DNA of 64,000 nt from Takakia lepidozioides (taxonomy: Eukaryota; Plantae; Bryophyta). A model generated the notes under the pieces. That model had not been told where the DNA came from and made no database searches. It saw nothing but the letters and a program-made list of their open reading frames with translations. The stretch is from positions 43,028,001-43,092,000 of the forward strand of contig CM060734.1 of assembly GCA_030704615.1 (NCBI GenBank). Direction: 5' to 3'. Below are positions 62,001 through 64,000 of this stretch, piece after piece. The position numbers and the translations under genes are program-made. Numbering within the stretch: the stretch's first letter is position 1; each line of letters starts with the position of its first letter.

Positions 62001-64000
62001 TGCTTGAAAACAACCATCCGAAGATCTGCTGGTATGGATATTCAATCTTGCGTTGACGCAAGGTTGAATTCCTCTGCTGAAACACCTGTCCATGGTATTT
62101 GATAACCTTAACTTTCCTACAATTGTATGGAAATCGGGGTATTTCTGTGGGACATTTCTAGCAATCCATACCGTCAAACAACGTTGCGTCAACGCAAGGC
62201 TGTTTGTTGGTATAGTGTAAGCTCTAAACAACATTTCAAACAGACTCCAAACAGACTTTAAGTTCATCCTGGCAACATTCGAACTGGAAACCACCAAAAA
62301 AACAGCCCAAGAACACATGAAAACCTACATAGCCTGGCCCTTCATCAACCTTGCGTTGACGCAAGGTTGATTTGCCTGTCAGTTTTTGCCCTTTCACATG
62401 CAAAAAAACGACATCATTGGATACCCCAGGTACATGAATATAAAACCAAAACAACAGGATACAAGCTTGCGTTAACGCAATATTGCTCGGTTGCACGTCC
62501 AGAGCCTTCAGAGCTCCCTCAAAACCTCCAAATTCACAGTTCTACATGGAAAAAACGACACAAGAATACAGAAACATACACTTCAAGTACCAGATTTGTT
62601 TCTTGGAGGTCACACCTGTACAACACTCGTTTCATTGCTTGCTCGCTGTTGTACTGGTTTTACCTGGAGATTCCTTTGTCTCTCTCGAACTCCCTAAAGA
62701 AACAATTGTTCCAGACAGTGAGCTTCCATCTCCTGATATAGGCCTCCAGTGTCATCCGGGGGCAAGCCATCTAGATTTTGTAGTCTGCCATTGACTCCCC
62801 AAGTGCAGCCACCGCTCGTTTTTCCAACTACAGCAAGAAAGATCATAAGAATTGTGGAGATAGCATAGAGCAGCACAAACATTTGAAAATGGTTTTGTGG
62901 AAACCTTACGTGGCTCCATAAGGTTGCTTTGTGTAGCCACTGGTCGAATGTGTGGTCGCTAACAACTTTTATTGCTTGTGTCTTCGAGTCCCTCTCAGGA
63001 GATGGGAACATGTTGGTGTCTCTCACAAGTGGATCGGAATTCCAGATCTCCAACCACCTGATTTTGGTTGCATTGTCCACCATTGAAATGGAAAGGCGAT
63101 GCAGTTTCTCTTGGGTCATCTCCGGCTTGGAGCCATACTTGTCATAATGTGCTTTCACCTGTTCCAGAAATTCCGTGCCAAGACTCGGATCTGCTATGCG
63201 GGTTTGTTTGTCGAACGCACTCATGAGGTTCTTCCTTTGATTGTTCATCTCGAATTTCATAATGTCCTCAAGCCTAGTTGTAGATCTCTGCTCTTATGTG
63301 TAGGAAGCATAGTACTCTGCTTTCGCCTTCAAACCAGTTTCTGCTATTTCTTGCTGCATACATTATAGGGAGAAAGAATCAAACACTGCCGTTTCTTGAT
63401 AAATTTGCAGTAACAACAATCAAACAAATGTCAAGAAGCTTACCGTGTTCATGTAGTCAAGAAAAGCCTCCCTTGTCAGGCTGTACCATGTGTTTGTCTT
63501 CTTTTCAGCACACCTCTTCATCTGCTGAGGACTGAGCACGTTCGTGAATGACTCCAGTGGCATCAGCCCTATCTTCTGGATATGGAATAAAGTGTGGCAG
63601 AGATTTGTCGTCACATGGGAGGTTTCATTGGACCTGGAAAAACCTTCAACTCATAAGATGATTTCTAATTGTGCAAACGCAGATCGGAACGGGAACAATG
63701 TTGGTAACTTACTTGTTTATGTCGTGCATGGCTGTCAAGAGCTGCGTGACACGTCCTTTGTGGTCGAGTACCATGGAAACAACGCTCTAGTGCCATTCAA
63801 TCTCGTCCGAGTGCAAGCTTGAAATGTAATCCATCCAGACAAGCACTCTATGGTTCCCATCCCAGACAAAAAAACATCTTTCCCATAAACGCTTTTGTGG
63901 AGGCCTTTTTGGACAGCTTGAACTCAAACTCCCTATTTACATCCCGCCAACATGCATCCCAACTTTGCTCTATGTCCTCTGTTAGAAGAGACTCCTCTCC
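59097..64000 (+). mobile_element. Element D: A-subfamily Mutator-like element in the opposite orientation to A and C, lacking ~60 terminal bp; runs off the window
   Basis: Reverse complement of A from ~36155 back to ~32750, plus the 1.5-kb segment that A has lost. Confidence 0.9.
59495..64000 (-). pseudogene. Element D ParB-methyltransferase gene (3' part), with an apparent +1 frameshift in a T7 run just before VWDGNHR
   Basis: VWDGNHR at ~63850-63870; TDLVVLDIPDG, FLSDSGALLL, REKSPAFMQTLVETCSRHGGRVVDLSMGTG; last exon LPVYAEA..FIDDIA. Most exon boundaries match B. Confidence 0.82.

Overview
Eukaryotic (land-plant-like) genomic DNA that is mostly nested transposable elements around one ordinary host gene, a 2-exon LPR1/2-type multicopper oxidase (5488-7572, minus). 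An old L1-type LINE (about 11336-40960, minus) is split by a large Mutator-like DNA transposon (element A, 14677-36216, 9-bp TSD GATGGGGGA). Element A is itself split by a related and apparently intact element (element B, 16518-29912, 9-bp TSD CTCAAGAAT). Two more partial copies of the A subfamily (C 49553-54923; D 59097 to window end) sit in a rearranged Ty3/Gypsy element. The main result is the cargo of this family. Head-to-head with a GCM-like/MULE/SWIM transposase, it carries a spliced gene of about 1,200 aa that fuses a ParB/Srx-type domain (DGNHR) to a beta-class N4C/N6A amino-methyltransferase fold. Each subfamily also carries many copies of its own long palindrome in introns and subterminal DNA. 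In B these form a 30 x ~116-bp array that fills a single 3.6-kb phase-0 intron. The A and B palindromes share a TCAA..TGCG-N4-CGCA..TTGA skeleton with different spacing. I infer a transposon-borne self-recognition or epigenetic-marking module, conceptually like VANDAL/VANC but with a prokaryote-type ParB-methyltransferase effector. Domain calls are from motif recognition by eye; no database searches were run, so novelty is unconfirmed.
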